Shown here piece by piece: positions 18,406 to 27,246 of a stretch of DNA of 43,233 bases. Under the pieces are notes generated by a model. It ran no database searches and was not told the origin of the DNA. It was given only the letters and a program-made list of their open reading frames with translations. Every line of letters starts with the position of its first letter. The stretch's first letter is position 1. This DNA comes from a virus, in the IMG/VR virus record IMGVR_UViG_3300042114_000008. One strand, 5' to 3'. Position numbers and translations under genes: made by a program.

Positions 18406-19062
18406 TTACAGAATATCATCATCATCATCAGATGAAGCAGCAGCAGAACCTTCAGTAGAACCAACAGTAGCAGTTTTGCTATCTTTTGAATCAACAATAA
18501 GTGTACCATTTTCTTTAGCAGCAATATGAGCTTTTGTATAATATGGTTTTAAATCAGTTGTTAATGCTTCAACAACAGCAGGTTTTGCACCAAGTTTTTT
18601 TTCAGCTACAGTATGACCAGTTGCGAACAATGTTCTATGGATTTGTTTCTCTATTTTTTCTTTGTTTTGATATTCATCGTAAACTTCTTGGAAGGCAACT
18701 TTAACAACTTGACCTAATGGCTCAGTAAATACAGTACACTCTTCAGTGTTTTTCTCAGACATTTTAACTTTAGCAGTTTTAGTTGCACCAGTTTTCATAC
18801 CAGTTACAGTAACGAATTCTTGCCATTTAGCATAATCTACATTGTCTTTTCCTGTAGTCCATTTCTCATCAACACACATATCGAACACTAATGCTCTTTT
18901 ACCAGCAGAGTTTTCGAATATGAAAGTTGCTCTATTGTTACCACTTCTATCTTGTTTAAGTATTACAGCTTTAATTGTTACATCGTAAACACCAGTTCTC
19001 ATTCCACCAGATTGACCTGCTTTTTCAGCAGCAGCTTCGTCTTTTTTAAATACAAATGCCAT
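18406..19062 (-). CDS. Single-stranded DNA-binding protein (putative)
   Basis: 218 aa in the replication module. It has a flexible S/A/T-rich linker and an acidic tail (SSDDDDDIL), typical of phage and bacterial SSBs. Confidence 0.55.
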   Translation of the reverse strand: MAFVFKKDEAAAEKAGQSGGMRTGVYDVTIKAVILKQDRSGNNRATFIFENSAGKRALVFDMCVDEKWTTGKDNVDYAKWQEFVTVTGMKTGATKTAKVKMSEKNTEECTVFTEPLGQVVKVAFQEVYDEYQNKEKIEKQIHRTLFATGHTVAEKKLGAKPAVVEALTTDLKPYYTKAHIAAKENGTLIVDSKDSKTATVGSTEGSAAASSDDDDDIL

Positions 19063-19088
19063 ATTTTATTCCTTATTTTAGTTTTATA

Positions 19089-19574
19089 TTAAAGAATTTC
19101 TTCAGTTTCAACAACTGGAGTTTTATCTTTGTTTGGGTTAAATGGACTATTGGCCATCGCCTCAGCAGTAAATGTAGCAGGATCTTCAACAGTTTTAGCT
19201 AATGCTTGACCTTCAGCAGATTTAGCTCCACCTTCTTCATATTTACCTTTCATAAATAATTGAAGTGCTTCATTTGCAAGCTCTTGTGCTCTCTTCTCAA
19301 TTCTATAAGCAATAGATGCTTGTAATTTACCAACACCTTTTGCTTTACCCTGAGACATTTGAATCTCAGCTTCAGGTAAATAACCTTGAGTATATCTACA
19401 CCAGTGGTAAGTTGTACCATTTTCTTCGTATGAAGGATTAGTAGTTCCTCCGCCTCTTTGTGGTTCGCATACTTCCATTAGCTCGTCAAGAGTAATTTCT
19501 TCAGCTTTCAATTGTTTCAATGCTGCATAAAGATTACCTTTGTTAAATGCAGTTACTAATTTTTCTAAACTCAT
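19089..19574 (-). CDS. Hypothetical protein
   Basis: The start was moved to the ATG at 19574 (MSLEKLV...), which has an AAAGGA RBS. This removes the overlap with the upstream ORF. Confidence 0.5.
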   Translation of the reverse strand: MSLEKLVTAFNKGNLYAALKQLKAEEITLDELMEVCEPQRGGGTTNPSYEENGTTYHWCRYTQGYLPEAEIQMSQGKAKGVGKLQASIAYRIEKRAQELANEALQLFMKGKYEEGGAKSAEGQALAKTVEDPATFTAEAMANSPFNPNKDKTPVVETEEIL

Positions 19575-19584
19575 TATTGTCCTT

Positions 19585-19890
19585 TTATCGTGGTGGTGGC
19601 ATAGATTTAATTCTATCACCATACTCTTTTATGTATTCATCTGCAGACTGATGACCTCTTATATACATTATACAATCGGTAACTGTCTTTAAGACACCAA
19701 AATTACTTAAACCTAGAAGAACGATTAATGCCTCTCCGTTTCTTTCTAATTGGCATAGGGTGTCGAAGTCATTTAGGTCGAAACCTAAAGACTTTAGTTG
19801 AGAGGCAAATCTCTTCACCCTAGATATATCACCGTTAAAGTAATCACTTAATCCTTTGACTAATTCTTGACGCTTAGCTTTCGTATCCAT
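19585..19890 (-). CDS. Hypothetical protein
   Basis: 101-aa ORF that overlaps the ATPase gene end by 17 nt. Confidence 0.5.
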   Translation of the reverse strand: MDTKAKRQELVKGLSDYFNGDISRVKRFASQLKSLGFDLNDFDTLCQLERNGEALIVLLGLSNFGVLKTVTDCIMYIRGHQSADEYIKEYGDRIKSMPPPR

Positions 19891-20593
19891 AATACTTATT
19901 TACCGCCTCTATTATAGCCTTTGCTGAGTTTGGAACTTTTCCATCAAACATTCCTCTAGGACTTTTAGCTGTAGAAAACTTAGTAGGTTTATACTGCATA
20001 TAACAAGCAGTCATATCACCAGCATATATGTTTTGATTTGGAATATCATCTTCAGCATATTCAGGCTTAGTAAATAATACTATAGTAAATTGAGATTCAA
20101 TGTAACCATATTTATATTCCTTACCTTTCATTTTTGCAAATAGTTTAACTTCATTAAATCCTTCAGCTTTTTGCTCAGGCAATGCAGTAACTATAAGCTG
20201 TTGAGGTAAATCTTTAAATTTAGATATCATATCATAAACTAACTCATTATGTTTTCCCCATTGAGAATAACCACTAAACATTACAGCACAATATTTTTCT
20301 ATTATTTCTCCAGATGCAGTAGCACTATCAAAAAATACATATTTATATGCTTTGTATTCCGCTTGTTTGTCTTCAGGCAATTTATCAGGGTCTCTGAGAG
20401 CGTCAAGCAATGCCATCATCTGCTTTACACTTTTAACATATTTTGTACTATGTTTAGAAGCTTCTCTATCTGGCATAACTTTATTCTCTGTATTAATAAT
20501 TAGTACTTCTCCTACAGGCAAATCTTCTGCCATAGTTGATTTACCAGTTCCACTTTCTCCGACAACTAATATCGGAACTTGTCTATAACTCAC
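19874..20593 (-). CDS. P-loop ATPase, AAA_24 / Sak4-like (RecA-fold recombination/replication ATPase)
   Basis: 239 aa with a GTG start behind AAGGAG. Walker A is VVGESGTGKST and a Walker-B-like strand is YVFFDSATA. Size and context (SSB, FEN) fit phage AAA_24 proteins. Confidence 0.55.
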   Translation of the reverse strand: MSYRQVPILVVGESGTGKSTMAEDLPVGEVLIINTENKVMPDREASKHSTKYVKSVKQMMALLDALRDPDKLPEDKQAEYKAYKYVFFDSATASGEIIEKYCAVMFSGYSQWGKHNELVYDMISKFKDLPQQLIVTALPEQKAEGFNEVKLFAKMKGKEYKYGYIESQFTIVLFTKPEYAEDDIPNQNIYAGDMTACYMQYKPTKFSTAKSPRGMFDGKVPNSAKAIIEAVNKYYGYES

Positions 20594-20602
20594 ATATTCT
20601 CC

Positions 20603-21022
20603 TTAAAAATTATATACATTCATAGCATTTATTTCATCTGCAGTCAAATTAACTACTTTATGCTCAGTTGAAAACTCAGAACCATCAGGAAGAGTTATAA
20701 CTACCCTAGATTGACATTTTAACTTCTCAACAACTTCTGTAAGAGCAGTAAAGCTATCGAAGAATACATATTCATATTGCATATACTCAGCTTGTTTATC
20801 AGCTGGTAGTTTCTCTAGATTTGCAAGAGCATTTAATAAAGCAATTATCTGTTTGTAACTTCTAATATATTTAGTAGTAAAAGCATCAGCTTCATTCGTA
20901 GGCAATTTCTTATCCTCGATATTTATAATTAAAGTCTTACCTCTAGGTAAAGACTCAACACTTGTCTATTTACCAGTTCCGGAACCTCCGACTATAGGTA
21001 TTGGTACATTTTTTGCATTCAT
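20603..21022 (-). pseudogene. Decayed tandem paralogue of the AAA_24-like ATPase, with an in-frame TAG inside Walker A and a shortened C-terminus
   Basis: A single 140-codon frame reads MNAKNVPIPIVGGSGTGK*TSVESLPRGKTLIINIEDKKLPTNEAD...KLPADKQAEYMQYEYVFFDSFTA. It aligns with VVGESGTGKSTMAEDLPVGEVLIINTENKVMPDREAS...KLPEDKQAEYKAYKYVFFDSATA of the neighbouring gene. The TAG lies at 20966-20968. Confidence 0.7.
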
Positions 21023-21453
21023 TATTCTCCTTTTTTTAGATTTGGTAAAGCTTGAAATTCAGCTTGTGTAAATGAACCATCAACTGTATCAACATATACT
21101 ATATGATTTGGAATATCATTTGGAATAAAATAAGAGATTATTTTACCATATACTCTATGATGGTCTTTTTTGACTTTTATTAATTTGAACCAAACATCAT
21201 TTGATTCAACAGTATTTCCATCGTAGAAATAAGATATTTCTCTCTCTACTTCATTAATATTTGGTAAACCATCGTGCTTCAATGTGAAGTACTCATCGTT
21301 TCTTCTTACAAATGATACCGTATGATAGAAATGAGATTGATGTAAGAACTTATATTCTACATCATCTATAATTATAATATCAATACTCTTTGTAATATCA
21401 CTTTTTTTATGAAGAGTCTCAAATTTGTGTTTTTGTAGTACACACACTTTCAC
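21022..21453 (-). CDS. Hypothetical protein
   Basis: 143-aa ORF. Confidence 0.5.
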   Translation of the reverse strand: MKVCVLQKHKFETLHKKSDITKSIDIIIIDDVEYKFLHQSHFYHTVSFVRRNDEYFTLKHDGLPNINEVEREISYFYDGNTVESNDVWFKLIKVKKDHHRVYGKIISYFIPNDIPNHIVYVDTVDGSFTQAEFQALPNLKKGE

Positions 21454-22030
21454 TCCTTTTAAGCTTAAGTAATACTAAGTATCCTATTAAATCAGATATA
21501 ACATCTTCATCTTCAAGTTCACTAGCATTTTTAATCCTAGATAGTTTATCATCTATACGAACATTAATTTGCTCTATACTATCAGATTTAGAGAATATTC
21601 TAATAGGCTCTAATGCAGAATTACCATACTTTTTGTTTTTGTCAATAAGCATAAGTGCAATGTCGTGAGTAATAGCTAATACAGATGACTGGAAATCTTG
21701 TGGTTCAAAATCACTACTATCTTCAGTAATGAATTCATTAAAAACTGAGTCTTTAATTGTTTCTACTGAATCCATTCTAATATCATATGTAAAATCACGT
21801 GCCATATCATCGTTTCTACTGTATGTAGTATTTGCAGCTTTAAGTCCATAACGACTAACTTCTTCCCATCCGTCATCTTTACTACCAAGTTTTATCCAAC
21901 CATCACTATATGCAAGCTGTGGCTCATAATATGGGCTTAAATAATTGTCATATATCTTAACTACTCTAGCTACATTCATATCTGGAGTTTCAACTATGAA
22001 TCCACCAGGTAAGTACTTGAAATATCTCAT
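21419..22030 (-). CDS. Hypothetical protein with a DUF1599/MazG-like C-terminal helical domain (weak)
   Basis: 203 aa. KNKKYGNSALEPIRIF...VRIDDKLSRIKN...EDVISDLIGYLVLL resembles the KxxxYG...RxxDKxxR...DxxxY pattern of DUF1599 / Nmad-type domains. Confidence 0.3.
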   Translation of the reverse strand: MRYFKYLPGGFIVETPDMNVARVVKIYDNYLSPYYEPQLAYSDGWIKLGSKDDGWEEVSRYGLKAANTTYSRNDDMARDFTYDIRMDSVETIKDSVFNEFITEDSSDFEPQDFQSSVLAITHDIALMLIDKNKKYGNSALEPIRIFSKSDSIEQINVRIDDKLSRIKNASELEDEDVISDLIGYLVLLKLKRSESVCTTKTQI

Positions 22031-22845
22031 AGCTCTACTCCTTCTAGTTGTGCTATTGGAACAATTTTCTCTCCATCGAAACAGTCCATTCTAACTAACA
22101 TATGATTTATTATTGCATCAAATCTTGAGTTGAAGTATGGAACTATATCTTCGAATGTAGCTTGTCCATTTAGTTTGCCATAGATAATATCTCTAGCACC
22201 TTTATCTCCAATTCCTGGAGCGCCTGCTACATTATCTGTAGTATCTCCCATTAGAGTTTGGCATAAATACCATTGCTCTATTGTGTTCTCATCATTTGGT
22301 TGTCTCCATTCTCTATTATTATAATCATAACAATATGTTGGATTAGCATTAATAACATCTTTGTCTATTGCTGCTACTAAATAACCTTGTGTTCTAGCTA
22401 AGTAATTAACTACATCATCAGCTTCTGCACCTACCTCTTTATATATCAATACCATTGGATGTTTTAATCTAGTTATAATTAACCGTTTAAGGTCATTAAT
22501 ACCTGAGATTTTAACTTCTTTACGATTAGCTTTGTAACCTAAATCTACAGTGTTTCCAAGTTTATTAACTCTGAAGTTTACACCTGATGGACTTATCTTA
22601 TTTCTAAAGCTTTTCTTTGGACTTAATACAATTACAGGATTTACAGAATCATCTTTTTGATAAGTAACTATACCTATCTTACCGTCAATTCCTCGTACGA
22701 ATATCTCTTGAGTTATCTTTGCAATCTCTCCACAAAACTCAAAGTATGCTTTTTCCAAATCACATAGAGTATTGTTTTCAAGTTGATGTCTACTACAAGA
22801 TTTATATACAAGACTATCAGCATCTATTGCTATATTGTATATCAT
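22027..22845 (-). CDS. 5'-3' exonuclease / flap endonuclease (FEN, PIN-like domain plus H3TH)
   Basis: Motifs: IAIDADSLVYKS, GAEADDVVNYLA, AAIDKDVINA and LMGDTTDNVAGAPGIGDKGARDI (compare GDxSDNIPGVPGIGxKTA). The start was set at the ATG at 22845 (MIYNIAID), which has an AAGGAAAG RBS. Confidence 0.85.
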   Translation of the reverse strand: MIYNIAIDADSLVYKSCSRHQLENNTLCDLEKAYFEFCGEIAKITQEIFVRGIDGKIGIVTYQKDDSVNPVIVLSPKKSFRNKISPSGVNFRVNKLGNTVDLGYKANRKEVKISGINDLKRLIITRLKHPMVLIYKEVGAEADDVVNYLARTQGYLVAAIDKDVINANPTYCYDYNNREWRQPNDENTIEQWYLCQTLMGDTTDNVAGAPGIGDKGARDIIYGKLNGQATFEDIVPYFNSRFDAIINHMLVRMDCFDGEKIVPIAQLEGVEL

Positions 22846-22928
22846 TAATCTTTCCTTATTATTGCACAAATAAGTATTCCTATTAGGAAACCAAGAAGCA
22901 TTAAATCTACTTGTTCTGAAAATATCAT
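22845..22928 (-). CDS. 27-aa hydrophobic micro-protein (not in the ORF track)
   Basis: Translation: MIFSEQVDLMLLGFLIGILICAIIRKD. A GGAG RBS lies 8 nt upstream. Its ATG overlaps the TGA of the previous micro-ORF, and its TAA overlaps the FEN ATG (TAATG). Confidence 0.4.
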   Translation of the reverse strand: MIFSEQVDLMLLGFLIGILICAIIRKD

Positions 22929-23008
22929 TTTATTACTCCAGTAAATCTAAGAACATTTATAGATAGCAATGTAAATGCTACACCAGCAAAGAATCCTGAA
23001 TAAAACAT
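22925..23008 (-). CDS. 27-aa hydrophobic micro-protein (not in the ORF track)
   Basis: Translation: MFYSGFFAGVAFTLLSINVLRFTGVIK. Its ATG lies 1 nt after the stop of the 762-aa gene. No clear SD, so translation would depend on coupling. Confidence 0.3.
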   Translation of the reverse strand: MFYSGFFAGVAFTLLSINVLRFTGVIK

Positions 23009-23009
23009 A

Positions 23010-25298
23010 TCAATCATCGGTGTGAATACCATATTTATCTATACCTAACCTTTCGTTCATTTGAACATACAGAGAACCCTCTAAGTATCCAGGTCTTGGA
23101 AAGTTTCCAGACTCTTCTATTATGTCCTCTATCATTGACCGAATTTCATCGGCACTAAATCCAAGGTCTACCATATGTGTCATCATCCTGAATAGCCCCA
23201 TATGTAAACCTTGACCTGAAGATACATTGTAGAAGTACTTAAATTCGTTCTTTCTATCTTCCCATAGTAAAGTTCTTCCACCTTTACTTATTCTTGTTAT
23301 CTTTTTAGTTTCAGTAGGAAGTTGTGATACTATTTCAGAAGCCAATAATGGTTCTCCAATATTACTATACACTTCGTTTCCTCTGTATCCATAAAAGAAT
23401 TGTGACTGTGGTAAGTCGTCTATATCTGCACCAATTACTCCAGCTAATGCTTTCATAAAGTGTTTCCATCTAGTAGAGTCAAGCTCTATTTCTATATCTA
23501 ATGGCATTATAATCCTGTATTTATAAGGATTATGGGGGTCTGAACCTCTAGACATATGATAAGTATAATCAGATAGATTATCTCTCATCTCATCTATAGA
23601 TACATCAGTTTTATCTATGTCGAATACTACCCAAGTAGCAGGTGATATGATGTTATCTTTACGACGAATTCCACCTTCAGTTCCTTTAGTATATTCTGAT
23701 ACAGATGCACCCTCTTCTTCAGTTTTAAATCTGAAAGGTATATATGCACAATCATTACATAGTAATTTAGCAAGGTCTGACCATACAGCTTGTTTACATT
23801 TGTATCCAGTTGCTGCTTCTTTTGCTATAGTTTCTTTCGCTACCCTTTTAGCAAGGTCTGGCTCAAGTCCATTTTCTATATTTAAAGCAGTTAGTTCAGC
23901 TACAGATGATACTGCTTTATACGAAGCCCAATGTTCATAATCTATAGTTACTCTACAATGTTCGTGATAAGATAATCGTCCCATTATATACTCAACGTGA
24001 GATGTAGTTCCTAGTTTAGAGTTTGCACCTCTAATAAGAGCTTCTATTTGATTGTCACTCTTTAAGATACGAAGCTTAATAAGTTCGTGAAGAGTAAACA
24101 CTCGTTGAGGTTCTTTGCCAAACATATCTAATACTATCTCGTAAGGCTCTCTTCTTGCCATATTAATAAACTTTGTTAAATCATTAGATGTTAACTCGGC
24201 ACTATATATAGCTTGAAGCATATGTTCTTTTTCTATAGTATGCGACATATCCCATACGGCATATGCACCAGCTAATTTAAAAGCTTTCCAATGTCTATGT
24301 TGTTGCTCAAGAATTCTATGCTCTTCCTCATCAGGAATAAGCTTAGCTTTCTCTGCACACCATATCTCATATTGGTCTTTTAAATCCATACAGTCTTCTG
24401 TAGGAACAATTATATTTAAGTCACTATCTTTAGCTACTAGATTACCAGCTATTTTACAAGATAATTCTCTGATATACTCTTCCTTGTCTTTTAGACTAAG
24501 TTTCTTTTCTTTAAGCTTAGCCATATAAGATTTAACATCTTCAATAGTCTCAGCTTCTTGTCTAAATACAGGATATACAAAGTAACATCTACGAGCTAGC
24601 TTTGAGATAAATTCAGTTTCGAATTTCTTAAGTATTTGTTTTTCCTCAAGAATACCCTTTTCTGAACCAATGAATAAAGCATTCATTCCCATACCTTTGA
24701 CTTCATCACTCTGTTGCTCTTTATCCTTCAGAACTTTAACCTTACAATCTCCAGCATCGAATAACTGAGATACAACTTCGACATTTGGAATAAAGTCCAA
24801 GTTACTATCAATAGCAGTTGATACCTCATCTACTATCATAGACGGTAAACCAATTCCTTCAGCTTTGAAAGAATTAAGGTTTGCCAACAATCCAGGAACT
24901 GTACTTAATGCATTTGATAATGGCATAAGCTTAGGAACTGGAACATCATTCTCCTTTGCAAGTATTTCAGCTTTATTTTTACGAATCATTTGAATTACAT
25001 CTAGCCCAGGTTTAATGATTTTTTCAAGCTTAGTAACAGAAGAAGTTTTCTTAGCTCCAGATTTTGCCAGTATGAATACTATCATATTAGCTGGAACTTG
25101 ATTATCATCTTCTATGTGTATCTTGTAATGGAAATGTCCAACGAAAGATGCCATTGTAAAGTTAGCAATAGCAAGTCCCATAGTATATGGAACATCATCT
25201 CCAAGTACAGATATCATAGCCTCTGCTACTTTATTTTTATTTTTGTCGAAAGCTCCCTCAGCTCTAAGAGAGTCTTCGAACTGCGAAAGTACACTCAT
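23010..25298 (-). CDS. Putative replicative helicase-primase: N-terminal P-loop (DUF3987-like) domain plus a C-terminal archaeo-eukaryotic-primase-like domain
   Basis: 762 aa. ILAKSGAKKTSS is Walker A-like and SMIVDEVSTAID is Walker B-like. The C-terminal WVVFDIDKTD (DxD) and YHMSRGS...YRIIMPLD resemble AEP/prim-pol motifs. It is the largest replication-module ORF. Confidence 0.4.
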   Translation of the reverse strand: MSVLSQFEDSLRAEGAFDKNKNKVAEAMISVLGDDVPYTMGLAIANFTMASFVGHFHYKIHIEDDNQVPANMIVFILAKSGAKKTSSVTKLEKIIKPGLDVIQMIRKNKAEILAKENDVPVPKLMPLSNALSTVPGLLANLNSFKAEGIGLPSMIVDEVSTAIDSNLDFIPNVEVVSQLFDAGDCKVKVLKDKEQQSDEVKGMGMNALFIGSEKGILEEKQILKKFETEFISKLARRCYFVYPVFRQEAETIEDVKSYMAKLKEKKLSLKDKEEYIRELSCKIAGNLVAKDSDLNIIVPTEDCMDLKDQYEIWCAEKAKLIPDEEEHRILEQQHRHWKAFKLAGAYAVWDMSHTIEKEHMLQAIYSAELTSNDLTKFINMARREPYEIVLDMFGKEPQRVFTLHELIKLRILKSDNQIEALIRGANSKLGTTSHVEYIMGRLSYHEHCRVTIDYEHWASYKAVSSVAELTALNIENGLEPDLAKRVAKETIAKEAATGYKCKQAVWSDLAKLLCNDCAYIPFRFKTEEEGASVSEYTKGTEGGIRRKDNIISPATWVVFDIDKTDVSIDEMRDNLSDYTYHMSRGSDPHNPYKYRIIMPLDIEIELDSTRWKHFMKALAGVIGADIDDLPQSQFFYGYRGNEVYSNIGEPLLASEIVSQLPTETKKITRISKGGRTLLWEDRKNEFKYFYNVSSGQGLHMGLFRMMTHMVDLGFSADEIRSMIEDIIEESGNFPRPGYLEGSLYVQMNERLGIDKYGIHTDD

Positions 25299-25841
25299 CT
25301 ATTCTCCTAGAATTAGCAATAAGTCATCTTTATACTCTCTGATAATATTCTTAGCACAAGATTTATTAGCAATATATAACCAAGATGGTAAGTTTTTCAA
25401 AACATAAGTGGAACCAACCTTTAGAATACCATTGTAATTAATACAAATTAAATACTTAAGTTCAGTAAAATTACAAAAATTTGGCTTCCATCCATTATTA
25501 GCGCTAGATATAGCTTTTTTAACTCTAAGTTTAGCTTTTTCTAATTCGTAGTATTTTTTAGCTTCTGCTTCAGTTTCGAGAACATTAATATAGTCAAGTC
25601 TATTAATAATACCACTGTATACTGAATCTAAAATAGAATTTCTATCTACAAACCAATACTCTGAATCATCCGTTAGAAACACATTTATTTCACAAGTAGG
25701 TGTTACTCTATATTCAAATTCTGGAAAATTCCAAAATGGAGTTTCATTATCTACCCAAACTCCAACAGTTTTGCATTTAGTCTGAATTTTTGCACCATTT
25801 TTAAAAGCAGTCATTACTGCTATTTGTTCGTCTATTGTCAT
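25299..25841 (-). CDS. Hypothetical protein
   Basis: 180-aa ORF whose stop abuts the start of the 762-aa gene. Confidence 0.5.
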   Translation of the reverse strand: MTIDEQIAVMTAFKNGAKIQTKCKTVGVWVDNETPFWNFPEFEYRVTPTCEINVFLTDDSEYWFVDRNSILDSVYSGIINRLDYINVLETEAEAKKYYELEKAKLRVKKAISSANNGWKPNFCNFTELKYLICINYNGILKVGSTYVLKNLPSWLYIANKSCAKNIIREYKDDLLLILGE

Positions 25842-25845
25842 AGTT

Positions 25846-26133
25846 TTATCCTTTCTTCATAAAGATATATATATCATTATCATTGTTATATTCTATTGAT
25901 ATACATAATGTTGTATTGTTTTTTATTCTTTCTAGTATCTCATCATAGTGCCAAGTTCTAGGCTCACAATGCAGATTCTTTCTAGTCTCATCATCTGTAT
26001 GCTTAAATTCAGGTGAAACGCTTATTCTAAGTGGAAATAAAGCCTTTATATATTTATAAACATCTTTTTTTGAAGCCTCTATTTTTCCATAACTACTTTG
26101 TTTGAATTCGTATATAAATCTATATATGTCCAT
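25846..26133 (-). CDS. Hypothetical protein
   Basis: 95-aa ORF. Confidence 0.5.
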   Translation of the reverse strand: MDIYRFIYEFKQSSYGKIEASKKDVYKYIKALFPLRISVSPEFKHTDDETRKNLHCEPRTWHYDEILERIKNNTTLCISIEYNNDNDIYIFMKKG

Positions 26134-26135
26134 CG

Positions 26136-26432
26136 TTATAATTTCATCCTTTCGATTATATATAAAGGTACATACGGATTTTCATCGTAGTTACCATATT
26201 CTATGTCATCAATGATTGTAAAGTCTGGACTATATCCAGAAGATTTACCATCTAAAAGTTCACACTCTGTACTAAAATGAACGCGATTGTCACTAGTCCA
26301 TATATTATCTTTAGTATCAGCACAAGGAATAACTCTTGCAACTGTTACAATTTTTGTAAATATAGTACCTGCATAATTCTCAATATGTATGGAAACTATA
26401 TCTCCAATTTTAAGTCCACTTACTGTATCCAC
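26136..26432 (-). CDS. Hypothetical protein
   Basis: 98-aa ORF. Confidence 0.5.
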   Translation of the reverse strand: MDTVSGLKIGDIVSIHIENYAGTIFTKIVTVARVIPCADTKDNIWTSDNRVHFSTECELLDGKSSGYSPDFTIIDDIEYGNYDENPYVPLYIIERMKL

Positions 26433-26854
26433 TTTGTGTCCTTGTTTGATTGAGCAAACAGATATATCCTATCTGTATTCTTAACAGCATATATGTTAGC
26501 CTCTCTTCTTATTGTCTCTTCGTCATCGAAGTCCTCATTGTACTGAGTATATAGCTGAACGATACAATAATATATCTCTTCTCTATTTAATCTATGAGCT
26601 TTAGCGAATGAACTTAAGCATACATCACACCACCTCTGTTTGTCAATAGGCATAAAGCCTTCTATCGCTTCAATGTCTAAATACTCTGGTATATCAATTT
26701 GTCCTTCCATTGTGTTAACTCCTCTTCCATTTATTAGTCTTATTGAGTTTTGTAGTTCTTGAATTTCTTTAATAGCTTCATCTATATCACCCTTTGTGTA
26801 ATAAAGGTTTAGATATCCAATTTTTGCTTGATTTAATATCTTAATCGCTTTCAT
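26420..26854 (-). CDS. Hypothetical protein
   Basis: 144-aa ORF with an AAGGAACAAAGATG RBS. Confidence 0.5.
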   Translation of the reverse strand: MKAIKILNQAKIGYLNLYYTKGDIDEAIKEIQELQNSIRLINGRGVNTMEGQIDIPEYLDIEAIEGFMPIDKQRWCDVCLSSFAKAHRLNREEIYYCIVQLYTQYNEDFDDEETIRREANIYAVKNTDRIYLFAQSNKDTKWIQ

Positions 26855-26942
26855 CTTTGTTCCTTATAATGTGTTAATTAGAGATTCTTTGGTTTTGAAT
26901 AACTCACTACTATTATATTCTTTTGATTCTCCATATACATAG

Positions 26943-27071
26943 TTAGTTATGTTTACAGAATCTTCTTTTTATAGTAATGAAAATTGCTTTTATTTTGCTT
27001 GATACAATTTTGTTGTCTTTCATAAAGAACATAACATCATTTACATCGTGTTCAGTTATTATTTTACTCAT
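26943..27071 (-). CDS. 42-aa hypothetical protein (not in the ORF track)
   Basis: Translation: MSKIITEHDVNDVMFFMKDNKIVSSKIKAIFITIKRRFCKHN. It has a strong RBS (AAAGAGGTAAACTATG). Confidence 0.45.
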   Translation of the reverse strand: MSKIITEHDVNDVMFFMKDNKIVSSKIKAIFITIKRRFCKHN

Positions 27072-27246
27072 AGTTTACCTCTTTTATTATTTTTAAACTT
27101 AGTGAATCAGCGTGTCTGCGAGTCACATCGTGGACACAAAGCGTAGCGTAGCGTAGCGACTGTCCTAAGATGTTACGATGCAAGACGAAAGCTGAATGAA
27201 CGATGCAGTGTCTTAGAGTATCTGACCCATTGCCTACAGCTCTCAA
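27064..27246 (-). CDS. Doubtful 60-aa TTG-start ORF inside a GC-rich island. It may instead be a structured RNA or a foreign insert.
   Basis: The frame is open and coupled at both ends: the TTG overlaps the upstream TGA, and the stop overlaps the next ATG. However, it has a TTG start, atypical composition, and a (GCGTA)3 microrepeat at 27140-27158. Confidence 0.3.
   Translation of the reverse strand: MRAVGNGSDTLRHCIVHSAFVLHRNILGQSLRYATLCVHDVTRRHADSLSLKIIKEVNYE

Noticed and set aside
20966-20968. The in-frame TAG as evidence for stop-codon reassignment or suppressor-tRNA use.
   Set aside because: TAG is used as the terminal codon of well-delimited genes: scaffold at 1311, ORF 28630..28911, and the lipoprotein ORF at 7597. 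TAA and TGA are also used. The only tRNA-like element is non-canonical and has no CUA in anticodon register. A simple nonsense mutation in a redundant paralogue is more economical.
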